Assembly: GCF_964204645.1 (NCBI RefSeq)
Contig: NC_134032.1
Coordinates: 186,001-250,000 of the forward strand
DNA: 64,000 nucleotides
Origin: Tubulanus polymorphus
Lineage: Eukaryota > Animalia > Nemertea
Direction of reading: 5' to 3'
Of this stretch, positions 38,601 through 50,000 are shown piece by piece. Positions within the stretch are counted from its first letter, which is position 1. The number at the start of each line of letters is the position of its first letter. The position numbers and the translations under genes are program-made. Below the pieces are notes generated by a model, which was given only the letters and a program-made list of their open reading frames with translations, made no database searches and had not been told where the DNA came from.

Positions 38601-40100
38601 ATCAGTAGATCTTTCCACTTTATAATTTCTCCGTATGAAGTCATCATTGATATTAGTCAGTTTTGTCTCCAATGCTTTAAGTTGCTGTTCAGTACAGCAT
38701 TGGTTCAGCCTCTCTTCAAGTTGTTGTTCAGTACAGAACCGGTTCAGCCTCTCTTCAAGTTGTTGTTCAGTGCAGCACCGGTTCAGCCTCTCTTCAAGTT
38801 GTTGTTCAGTACAGAACCGGTTCAGCCTCTCTTCAACTGTTTCTATAGTGCGTTTCAATTGACAGAATTGATTTTCTAAATTATCGTGAAACTGTCTGAC
38901 ATGTTCTATAAAAGAACGATGTCGTTCATCAATGTCTGGTCGAACTGTTCGCGTTTCACTGATCGGCACACCTACTGAATTTACTTTATACAAATTATGT
39001 GCCTGGTTTGAAGCGATCACATGAAGCCCCGACACTAATGAATGCGGGGCTTGTTGAAGATGTGTTTTTAAGTTTCGCGCTGTTTCATCGTCTGAGCATT
39101 TAACGATAAACACATGAATCGCTGGACAGTGATTAAACCCGATATGATGATTCGGTATCTCTACACCAGGGGGCGCTTCTCTCCATTCTAATTTCACCTG
39201 AAATTGAAAGAACGTTATTTTACTCTCACATCGCCAAGTCACAGTTTCTAGCTAGTAGACCTGTCGATAATACAGTCATCTAAATGCAGAATTACTTTAA
39301 GTATTTCATGAAGTACATTTCATGATCAAAGTACATAATGAAAAATGTTTTTATGAGACTAATTTGTTGCTGGATTCTCGACCTTCGAATTCATCAAATC
39401 GGGTCAACGATTAATTAAACATTTAAATACAGAAATCAGATATTTCTATCGGGTCCGAACGATGTATTGTTTACCTCGTCAAACGGCATCATTTGTACAT
39501 TTATAACTTGTTCCGTATAGATCGCTTTCAGTTTTACTTCGATAATAGTCTCTAATTCTTCTGTCCACATCTGTATCGGTAGTTGTAATTGATCACCAGC
39601 AGTAGCGATCAGATCACATTCTAAATCGAACAACGGTTGAAAGTAATAATTCTGTATCGTTCTGTAGTCGTTGTCGTGATCCGACCAAACACCGATCTTG
39701 CGACCACGATAAGAAACTGCGAGCTCGAATCTGTATGTGGAATTAGACGCCATGTTGTTTTTGGGCGTTTTCTAACTGTAGATTGTGCAGGCGTGACCTC
39801 CTCACGCGCGCGGGTCTCACGCGTCTTGCTAAAGTTAAAACCACGCGGCACTGATTACACGAAACAGCGATAAGAGAAGACAAATGTATTTACGAGGACT
39901 AGGACGGGTCGGAGACCCACTCTTCCAGTCTGAACGGTGTCTCCTGACGGGTGGGAGACCCACTCTTCCAGTCTGAACGGTGTCTCCTGACGGGTGGAAG
40001 ACCCACTCTTCCAGTCTGAACGGTGTCTCCTGACGGGTGGGAGACCCACTCTTCCAGTCTGAACGCAACGGTGTCTCCTGACGGGTGGGAGATCCACTCT
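35307..40100. repeat. Segmental duplication copy 2
   Basis: Near-identical to 26993-31357, with an extra segment of about 0.67 kb at about 36108-36780. Confidence 0.9.
37557..39753 (-). CDS. Uncharacterised coiled-coil plus NHL-like beta-propeller protein, paralogue 2 (about 639 aa)
   Basis: Exons 39753-39475 and 39197-37557 use the same splice sites as paralogue 1; the frame is intact. Confidence 0.78.
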
Positions 40101-42515
40101 TCCAGTCTGAACGGTATCTCCTGACGGGTGGGAGACCCACTCTTCCAGTCTGAACGGTGTCTCCTGACGGGTGTGGGAGACCCACTCTTCCAGTCTGACC
40201 GGTGTCTCCTGACGGGTGGGAGATCCACTCTTTCAGTCTGAACGGTGTCTCCTGACGTGTGGGAGACCCACTCTTCCAGTCTGAACGGTGTCTCCTGACG
40301 GGTGAGAGATCCACTCTTCCAGTCTGAACGGTGTGGTCCTGACGGGTGGGAGACCCACTCTTCCAGTCTGAACGGTATCTCCTGACGGGTGTGAGACCCA
40401 CTCTTCCAGTCTGAACGGTGTCTCCTGACGTGTGGGAGACCCACTCTTCCAGTCTGAACGGTGTCTCCTGACGGATAGGAGACCCACTCTTCCAGTCTGA
40501 ACGGTGTCTCCTGACGGGTGTGAGACCCACTCTTCCAGTCTGACCGGTGTCTCCTGACGGGTGGGAGATCCACTCTTTCAGTCTGAACGGTGTCTCCTGA
40601 CGGGTGGGAGATCCACTCTTCCAGTCTGAACGGTATCTCCTGACGGGTGGGAGACCCACTCTTCCAGTCTGAACGGTGTCTCCTGACGGGTGTGGGAGAC
40701 CCACTCTTCCAGTCTGACCGGTGTCTCCTGACGGGTGGGAGACCCACTCTTCCAGTCTGAACGGTATCTCCTGACGGGTGGGAGATCCACTCTTTCAGTC
40801 TGAACGGTGTCTCCTGACGGGTGGGAGACCCACTCTTCCAGTCTGAACGGTATCTCCTGACGGGTGGGAGATCCAATCTTCCAGTCTGAACGGTATCTCC
40901 TGACGGGTGGGAGACCCACTCTTCCAGTCTGAACGGTGTCTCCTGACGGGTGGGAGACCCACTCTTCCAGTCTGAACGGTGTCTCCTGACGGGTGGGAGA
41001 CCCACTCTTCCAGTCTGAACGGTGTCTCCTGACGGGTGTGGGAGACCCACTCTTCCAGTCTGAACGGTCTCTCTCCTGACAGGTGGGAGACCCACTCTTC
41101 CAGTCTGAACGGTCTCTCTCCTGACAGGTGGGAGACCCACTCTTCCAGTCTGAACGGTCTCTCTCCTGACAGGTGGGAGACCCACTCTTCCAGTCTGAAC
41201 GGTCTCTCTCCTGACAGGTGGGAGACCCACTCTTCCAGTCTGAACGGTCTCTCTCCTGACAGGTGGGAGACCCACTCTTCCAGGGGGTAAGGGGATGAGA
41301 GGAGGGAGACCCACTCTTCCAGGGAGTAAGGGGATGAGAGGAGGGAGACCCACTCTTCCAGGGGGTAAGGGGATGAGAGGAGGGAGACCCACTCTTCCAG
41401 GGGGTAAGGGGATGAGAGGAGGGAGACCCACTCTTCCAGGGGGTAAGGGGATGACAGGTGGGAGACCCACTCTTCCAGGGGGTAAGGGGATGAGAGGAGG
41501 GAGACCCACTCTTCCAGGGGGTAAGGGGATGAGAGGAGGGAGACCCACTCTTCCAGGGGGTAAGGGGATGAGAGGAGGGAGACCCACTCTTCCAGGGGGT
41601 AAGGGGATGAGAGGAGGGAGACCCACTCTTCCAGGGGGTAAGGGGATGAGAGGAGGGAGACCCACTCTTCCAGGGGGTAAGGGGATGAGAGGAGGGAGAC
41701 CCACTCTTCCAGGGGGTAAGGGGATGAGAGGAGGGAGACCCACTCTTCCAGGGGGTAAGGGGATGAGAGGAGGGAGACCCACTCTTCCAGGGGGTAAGGG
41801 GATGAGAGGAGGGAGACCCACTCTTCCAGGGGGTAAGGGGATGAGAGGAGGGAGACCCACTCTTCCAGGGGGTAAGGGGATGAGAGGAGGGAGACCCACT
41901 CTTCCAGGGGGTAAGGGGATGAGATGAGGGAGACCCACTCTTCCAGGGGGTAAGGGGATGAGAGGAGGGAGACCCACTCTTCCAGGGGGTAAGGGGATGA
42001 GAGGAGGGAGACCCACTCTTCCAGGGGGTAAGGGGATGAGAGGAGGGAGACCCACTCTTCCAGGGGGTAAGGGGATGAGAGGAGGGAGACCCACTCTTCC
42101 AGGGGGTAAGGGGATGAGAGGAGGGAGACCCACTCTTCCAGGGAGTAAGGGGATGAGAGGAGGGAGACCCACTCTTCCAGGGGGTAAGGGGATGAGAGGA
42201 GGGAGACCCACTCTTCCAGGGGGTAAGGGGATGAGAGGAGGGAGACCCACTCTTCCAGGGGGTAAGGGGATGAGAGGAGGGAGACCCACTCTTCCAGGGG
42301 GTAAGGGGATGAGAGGAGGGAGACCCACTCTTCCAGGGGGTAAGGGGATGAGAGGAGGGAGACCCACTCTTCCAGGGGGTAAGGGGATGAGAGGAGGGAG
42401 ACCCACTCTTCCAGGGAGTAAGGGGATGAGAGGAGGGAGACCCACTCTTCCAGGGGGTAAGGGGATGAGAGGAGGGAGACCCACTCTTCCAGGGGGTAAG
42501 GGGATGAGAGGAGGG
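39911..42515. repeat. Compound minisatellite: 43-bp, then 45-bp, then G-rich 39-bp units sharing GGAGACCCACTCTTCCAG
   Basis: 43-bp units span 39911-41040, 45-bp units 41041 to about 41265, and 39-bp units GGAGACCCACTCTTCCAGGGGGTAAGGGGATGAGAGGAG run to 42515. Confidence 0.95.
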
Positions 42516-43199
42516 CTCCATTAGACGAATGAATACGAAAATAAGACCAAGTTGTTTTTTATGACGAAATACTGGTTTTTATTATGATTGATCGCGGCTA
42601 CATTTGATAGAACACGCATTAAACACAAACAGCTCTCATAGCTCGAAATCACAGCAGAGCGCCCCCTATAAATAAAACCAGTTACCGTCAAAACGCTAAT
42701 TCAACGCGTCATCGCCATTTCTAAAGTGCGTCTGCCCGCCAGGTGTCGTACACAATACGTGTTAAAGCGATAACAGATTAACATCAGTATAAAGCTGACG
42801 ATCACTGACCTGACGAGCGATCGCACATAAACGAATAAATAAACAAATCTCGCTAATTGAATAATATAACCCCGTATTAAGCGGTTGAAAATTTGAATTT
42901 ACCCTTCCCTCGCAGTCTGGCAGCTGACTGCTTCTTAAAAAAGGCCAGCAATCATTTGAAAAGTTTGGACTTACCACCGAAGTGCGGTGTATAACACTAT
43001 AATGCGTTTACCCCACAGTCCATAAGTAAACAGATATGGATACACCGCACTGTGGGGTAGTTGTTACCCTGCAGTGCAGTGTAGTACAGCTTCAATGCGT
43101 TAACTCCACAGTACAATTGTCAGTCATGGTTCCACCATACTGTGGGTAGGTCTACCCTGCAATGCAGTGTATCATGCCTATACTGCTATGTTCACATGG

Positions 43200-44180
43200 G
43201 TACACCGCACTGCTGGCTAGACATCTACCCTGCAGTTCGATGTATTCTAGGCATACCGCTATGTGCAGTCACTATATGGATACACCGCAATGCTGGTTAG
43301 ACAACTACCCTGCAGTTCGATGTATTCTAGGCATACCGCTATGTGCAGTCACTATATGGATACACCGCAATGCTGGTTAGACATCTACCCTGCAGTTCGA
43401 TGTATTCTAGGCATACCGCTATGTGCAGTCACTATATGGATACACCGCACTGCGGGGTAGACAACTACCCTGCAGTTCGATGTATTCTAGGCATACCGCT
43501 ATGTGCAGTCACTATATGGATACACCGCACTGAGGCTAGACATCTACCCTGCAGTTCGATGTATTCTAGGCATACAGCTATGTGCAGTCACTATATGGAT
43601 ACACCGCAATGCTGGTTAGACAACTACCCTGCAGTTCGATGTATTCTAGGCATACCGCTATGTGCAGTCACTATATGGATACACCGCACTGCGGGGTAGA
43701 CAACTACCCTGCAGTTCGATGTATTCTAGGCATACCGCTATGTGCAGTCACTATATGGATACACCGCACTGCAGGCTAGACATCTACCCTGCAGTTCGAT
43801 GTATTCTAGGCATACCGCTATGTGCAGTCACAATATGGATACACCGCACTGCGGGTTAGACAACTACCCTGCAGTTCGATGTATTCTAGGCATACCGCTA
43901 TGTGCAGTCACTATATGGATACACCGCACTGCGGGGTAGACAACTACCCTGCAGTTCGATGTATTCTAGGCATACCGCTATGTGCAGTCACTATATGGAT
44001 ACACCGCAATGCTGGTTAGACAACTACCCTGCAGTTCGATGTATTCTAGGCATACCGCTATGTGCAGTCACTATATGGATACACCGCAATGCTGGTTAGA
44101 CAACTACCCTGCAGTTCGATGTATTCTAGGCATACCGCTATGTGCAGTCACTATATGGATACACCGCACTGCGGGGTAGG
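43200..44180. repeat. 80-bp tandem array related to a piggyBac-like MITE
   Basis: About 12 copies containing TACACCGCACTGCGG, followed by TACTGAAAGGG-TTAA at about 44227-44241. Confidence 0.88.
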
Positions 44181-44497
44181 TGAAACACTTGGGTATGTTG
44201 ATTATACACCGTATAGCAGGAACTCGTACTGAAAGGGTTAACAATAAATCAACTAAACCTTCAAACATTGTCTTAACACTGCTACTAAGTTCCATCACTA
44301 TGGCAACAATACACCTGACATTGTTAGCCATAGCGATACCAACAATCCGGTATGGTTGCCATAGCAATAATATATACATAGCTATGGCGGCGATGTAAAC
44401 AAACGGTAACGCTATATTATATCTCCCTGGATAATCATTTGTTGCCCGTTCAGTTAAATCTAAGCTCTAAATCCCGACCGGGATTCAAAACATCTCG

Positions 44498-44611
44498 GGC
44501 TGCAGTTGTCCAAAAGTTGGTTAGTTAACCGGTGGATAGTGTAGACAATTAAAAGTTCATTGTATTTATTCGCCGGTTATCTGGTACCAACTTTTTCAAC
44601 AACTGCAGCCC
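44498..44611. mobile_element. Small MITE with GGGCTGCAGTTG TIRs
   Basis: GGGCTGCAGTTGT...ACAACTGCAGCCC. Confidence 0.6.
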
Positions 44612-45017
44612 TGGAGTTATACCTTTACCCAAAATGCCCACGACGAGGCAGACGCACTTTCAAAATGAACACGCGCAAAAAAAAAAGAAATTTGTTCCGA
44701 TGTTTTTTCATTTTTCGATTCAATCTTTCGATATAATGAATAATTATTGATTATTTATGATAAGACATGAAGACAACATAAACACATAGCGGTGGCGACA
44801 TCTGGTGGCGATATATATAATTACCATGCAGCTACACACGTAGATTTTCTATATTCATGCAATTCATGTGGATCTGATTCCACAGTTTCCACAGTTTTCC
44901 AGTTAAAAATCATTTGCGATGTTTTAATGCGTCGAATTATGACAACCTTTTCGCTTGAGGTTAAACTATCGCAAGTGAATTGTTTTGAACTCATGAGAAC
45001 TGAAGAACCAGATCCTT

Positions 45018-45735
45018 GGCCCAGTTGCAAAGTCAGGACTTAAGTCGAACAATGGTCTTAGATCTTAAGACTGGTCTTCACTTATTAGATTGCTTATAGA
45101 ACTAAGATTGGTCTTAGATTGGTTACAGGACCAAAATGAGCTTAGACTGGACTTAAGTTTCTAGATTGGCTATAGAACTAAAATGAGTTTAGCTGACTGG
45201 TCTTAAGTTGTTAACCTTGACTGCGCTATAGAACTTAGATGCTCTTAAGACTGTTCTTAGAGATCTAAGCCACAAATGAAGAATATCTTAATTAGTAAGA
45301 TCCACTATAGAACTAAGATAGTATTAAGTTGTTAGATTGACTATAGAACCAAAATGAACATGACTCTCAAATGTTGGCCTTGACTGCGCTATAGGACAAG
45401 GTAGTCTTAACACTGGTCTTAACCCTTTCAGTGCGTCTACACCGCAGTGCGGTGTATAAATCAGTGATGGATTTTGCTAGTACACCGCACTGCGGTGTAT
45501 TGATGTAATTAGTAATTATCTCTATTGAAAAATGGCAGCAAGTGTCAAACATAGTGAAATACTAGTAACTAACGATACACCGCACTGCGGTGTAGACGCA
45601 CTATAGTGGTATTCCCATTGTTCAACACACTAGGGTGGAATTTTTTAGAATTTTCAAATTTTCTCTAGCACAATAGGGTATTAATTAGTCAGCACTGAAA
45701 GGGTTAAACCTTAGTCCTGACTGCGCCACTGGGCT
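45018..45735. mobile_element. Harbinger-like MITE with expanded internal 47-bp repeats, interrupted by a nested element
   Basis: Ends GGCCCAGTTGCAAAGTCAGGACT and AGTCCTGACTGCGCCACTGGGC. Confidence 0.6.
45423..45703. mobile_element. Non-autonomous piggyBac-like MITE
   Basis: TTAA|CCCTTTCAGTGC...GCACTGAAAGGG|TTAA (12-bp TIR, TTAA TSD). Partial copies lie at about 430-475, 52335-52600 and 52640-52712. Confidence 0.85.
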
Positions 45736-47011
45736 CTAGTAATAAATATGTATATCCCAGCAAGTTCAATTAAAGCAAGAAATGTGAATATGAATGAAAG
45801 CATTAAAATATGAAGAGAGAAATAGAGAGAGAATTAGTTTGATTTTTGTTCACATGACTTAATCAAAGCGCCAGACAACAATGTAGCGTAAAATACAAGC
45901 AACCGTTCCAATTTCTAGAAATCGTTAATTATTCCGTTTTTCTTTTTCTACGCGAAAATTAAACCTAACACCCCTTGAATCACGTAATGATAAAGTCCAC
46001 AACCGCATGCGCGCGTGTGAAGCCGAACAGTCCATTTCGATAATAGGGGCGAATCATTACGGTTACAATCGACGCTTCGATATCTTACTCAATCCCGTAG
46101 AGTTACGATTATCGAATCACCCCCATAAACATAGTGGACTCCGCCTGATTCGGCACCCCCGTATCTACAACAGTGGACTTGACCTGACTCGGTGCGGGCA
46201 GGCATCGGAATTTTAAAGAATCGCTTTAACCATATTTCTGAACGTTATATCAGTTTCAGACGATATCGAGTTAAGGCGCCGTTCGCTGCATTCGATTTTC
46301 AGTCCTACGTTCTTGTATATTTAGATTCAGTATGTACACACTATATACGCATGCGCAAAATACTCCATCGAGTTTTATAATTAATGATTAACACGCGCCG
46401 ATTACGCAGGGTCCGATCTAAGCATTTGTCCGATCACCCCCGGGGACAGGTATTATCTAATTAGCGCAAGTAGATTATCATTATCACTCGTCCGAAATTT
46501 TATGTCTCATTGCTTTTATCCAACTCGATAAAACGGATTATTTTACCGCCAGGCGGACAGCTTGTGTAGAGATGCTTGCCCCCGCCCGCGGGACGAGTGG
46601 CTTTTATTCCTTTGATCGGACCCTGTGATTACATTAACGGGTGGCTCCGGTCCGCAAAAAAGCCGAATAAACCCCCAGAGGGAATATATTTGCGAAGGCC
46701 TAAAATTTGTTGAAGCGCGAAGACATCTGATAACTGCAGCGCACCGCACTAAAATCCGGTTACGTCGGATCGCACTATTTTTTTTGCGGACCGGCTACAC
46801 CAGTTTACCGGTTAACGCCGCGTGGACATTATTACGTAACATTATTTCCGTCGAATAGCTCTAAAAAGTCATGTGACCCGACGACATGTCGCTCGTTGTC
46901 TTCATATGAAATCACACCGTAGTATTAGTTCGGGTACGTGTGTCCAGATGGCGCTGCTGCATACAGCCGGAGTGAGAGAGCACCGCCACCCGGATTAACG
47001 CACTTCTTCAT

Positions 47012-50000
47012 CTAGTTCTTATCGACAGTAGCATTCACCTTCATAGACGACGGTCTGCAAATCAAAAACCGAAAATGAATTATCTTCAAAATGCGGGTGT
47101 GCAACACCGGGTTCTCCCGCCAGATGGCGTGACGAATACTAGTCTTTCGTCGCATTAAGAATTACTATCCAATTTCCCAGATTTTTCCAAAATTTGTCAA
47201 ATTCGATGTTTTTTTTTTTAGATTTTTCTGATTCCCTGGTTATTCAAGGATCCAGGTTCCACAGTTCTGAGTTGAGATCTAACTCTGAGTTAACTCAAAC
47301 TCAGGGGTCCAGTTCCACAGTTGTGAGTTAAGATTTGACCCTGGGTTAAAACATTGAAAATGAACTAATCTTAACTCAGAATTAACTCTAACTCACAACT
47401 GTGGAACTGGATCCTGACTCTTAACTCACAACTGTGGAACCGGGCGAACGGCCAGCCACAATACGGTTACAGAATAGAGACTTACCCGGCATCACCGGCG
47501 CCAGTCTTGTCGACACCTAGCGCCATCTCCGACAGCGCTTTCAACGCGGTCAGCGCGGCCGCGTCGTGGGACGCTTCGGTCGTCGGACCCGCCCCGTGAC
47601 TGACTTGTGGCGGGTTCGTCGACAGAGACACCAACGATAGATACTCGTTCTTATTGTTACCCTGGAAAATATGAGATCGAATCCTCGTGAGGTTCAGTGC
47701 AAGACTTAGTGTTCTTCTAAACCAGGGCAGGGTTTCATAGATGTGGAGGAAAAATAGTCCCTGGGAATATTTTGAAATTTGTCAGTTGTAACCATGGTTT
47801 CTCATTGTTACTACGGTGGTTGTTACCCAGATTGAGGATTTACCCCTAGGGATAACTTCGATACTCGGTCTATGAAACCGGGCCCAGGAATCCTAGAGAT
47901 CAGTCATTCCTGGATAAATTGACTAAGGGGTTTTAAGGGAGACCATTTAAAATTCACTTTCATGTCCCAATTACAGTAGACTTGCTCCTAAATCCGGAAC
48001 TGTTTATCTCAGTAAACCATTAATTCGGTGGTTTAGCAAGCAAATATTCATCCGATACACAAACTAAACTCAGTTCCTAATTCAGTAACCCCCTAATTGG
48101 GTAAACAAATTTCCCGGTCCCAACTGGTACCGATTTAGGTGTAGTTTAATCGTAAAACTAAAACCATTTCTAATTACGTATTTCTCAAAATCAAAGTCTT
48201 AAAGTTGTTTCAGGAATTTGGCTCCGAATTAAGTCATTTCAAGCACCTTTTAAAGCATTTTCTGTATTAAGAAGTTTGTAAGGAATCAAGGAGTCGCACA
48301 TTCAGCGCCAGACATTCAGTTCTCGAATAAAAACTCGTACCTTCGGGAAGTCGGTGAATTGAACTTGGAATCCGAGTATCTCAGCGAGATAGTTCAACTG
48401 TTGCTTCGGTCGAACGAGTGACTGAGCGAGAACTCGTTTATTATCGGCTTTACGCAACGCTTCAACCGTCGGCGACCGACCTGCAACAATATAATCATCT
48501 ATTTTACTGAGAATTGTTGAAGTCATCAGTCACATTGGTTACTAACTATAATTTTACTGAATCGTCGAAGTCATTGACAATGAGAAGGCCCACATAAGTA
48601 ACTAATTATAATTTTACTGAATCGTCGAAGTCATTGACAATGAGAAGGCCCACATAAGTAACTAATTATAATTTTACTGAATCGTCGAAGTCATTGACAA
48701 TGAGAAGGCCCACATAAGTAACTAATTATAATTTTACTGAATCGTCGAAGTCATTGACGATGAGAAGGCCCACATAAGTAACTAATTATAATTTTACTGA
48801 ATCGTCGAAGTCATTGACGATGAGAAGGCCCACATAAGTAACTAATTATAATTTTACTGAATCGTCGAAGTCATTGACGATGAGAAGGCTCACATAAGTA
48901 ACTAATTATAATTTTACTGAATCGTCGAAGTCATTGACGATGAGAAGGCCCACATAAGTAACTAATTATAATTTTACTGAATCGTCGAAGTCATTGACGA
49001 TGAGAAGGCCCACATAAGTAACTAATTATAATTTTACTGAATCGTCGAAGTCATTGACGATGAGAAAGCCCACATAAGTAACTAATTATAATTTTACTGA
49101 ATCGTCGAAGTCATTGACGATGAGAAGGCCCACATAAGTAACTAATTATAATTTTACTGAATCGTCGAAGTCATTGACGATGAGAAGGCCCACATAAGTA
49201 ACTAATTATAATTTTACTGAATCGTCAGAGTCATTGACAATGAGAAGGCCCACATAAGTAACTAATTATAATTTTACTGAATCGTCGAAGTCATTGACAA
49301 TGAGAAGGCCCACATTAGTAACTAATTATAATTTTACTGAAAGTAGTTATAAAGTTTTACCGTGATCGAGTAACTCTTTAGCGATGAGCGAAGTAGTTTG
49401 AGCGGAGACCATCACGTCGCCGACCTGATAAACGCCCGGTTTCAACAGATTGATGTTGCCGTGGTGATTCGACGAGCGCACGGCGTCGGGCATCAGTAAC
49501 ACGCCGGGCACAAGCTGTCGACCGGCGGCCATCGCTGTTTCCGTCTCAACGAACGTCACTTTCTTATCACCGCTTGCCTGCAGAGAAAATAGAAATAGAT
49601 GACTATTAGGATATAGTGGAAACGTTGAATAAACTACACTAGCTCGAGGAAACATTTCAGACTCTTTTTATTCTTAGTGTGCGGGGATTTTATATTATCT
49701 TTACAACACGGACTCAGAGTGTTTCATCAATGGTTATAATGAGGACAACATCAGTATTCCTGAAGATGACTATTAGGATATAGTGGAAACGTTGAATAAA
49801 CTACACTAGCTCAAGGAATACAGTATTCCTGAAGATGACTATTAGGATATAGTCGAAACGTTGAATAAACTACACTAGCTCAAGGAAACATTTCAGACTC
49901 TTTTTATTCTTAGTGTGCAGGGATTTTATATTATCTTTACAACACGGACTCAGAGTGTTTCATCAATGGTTATAATGAGGACAACATCAGTATTCCTGAA

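Noticed and set aside
39835-42524. 861-aa and 647-aa Pro-rich or RGG-like ORFs
   Set aside because: They lie entirely within the compound minisatellite and are open in several frames on both strands.
43162-44179. Series of 65-aa ORFs
   Set aside because: Frame rotation through an 80-bp tandem repeat.
48520-49341. Ribozyme in the 60-bp array
   Set aside because: No CUGANGA/GAAA arrangement with pairing stems was found on either strand; it looks like local intron duplication.
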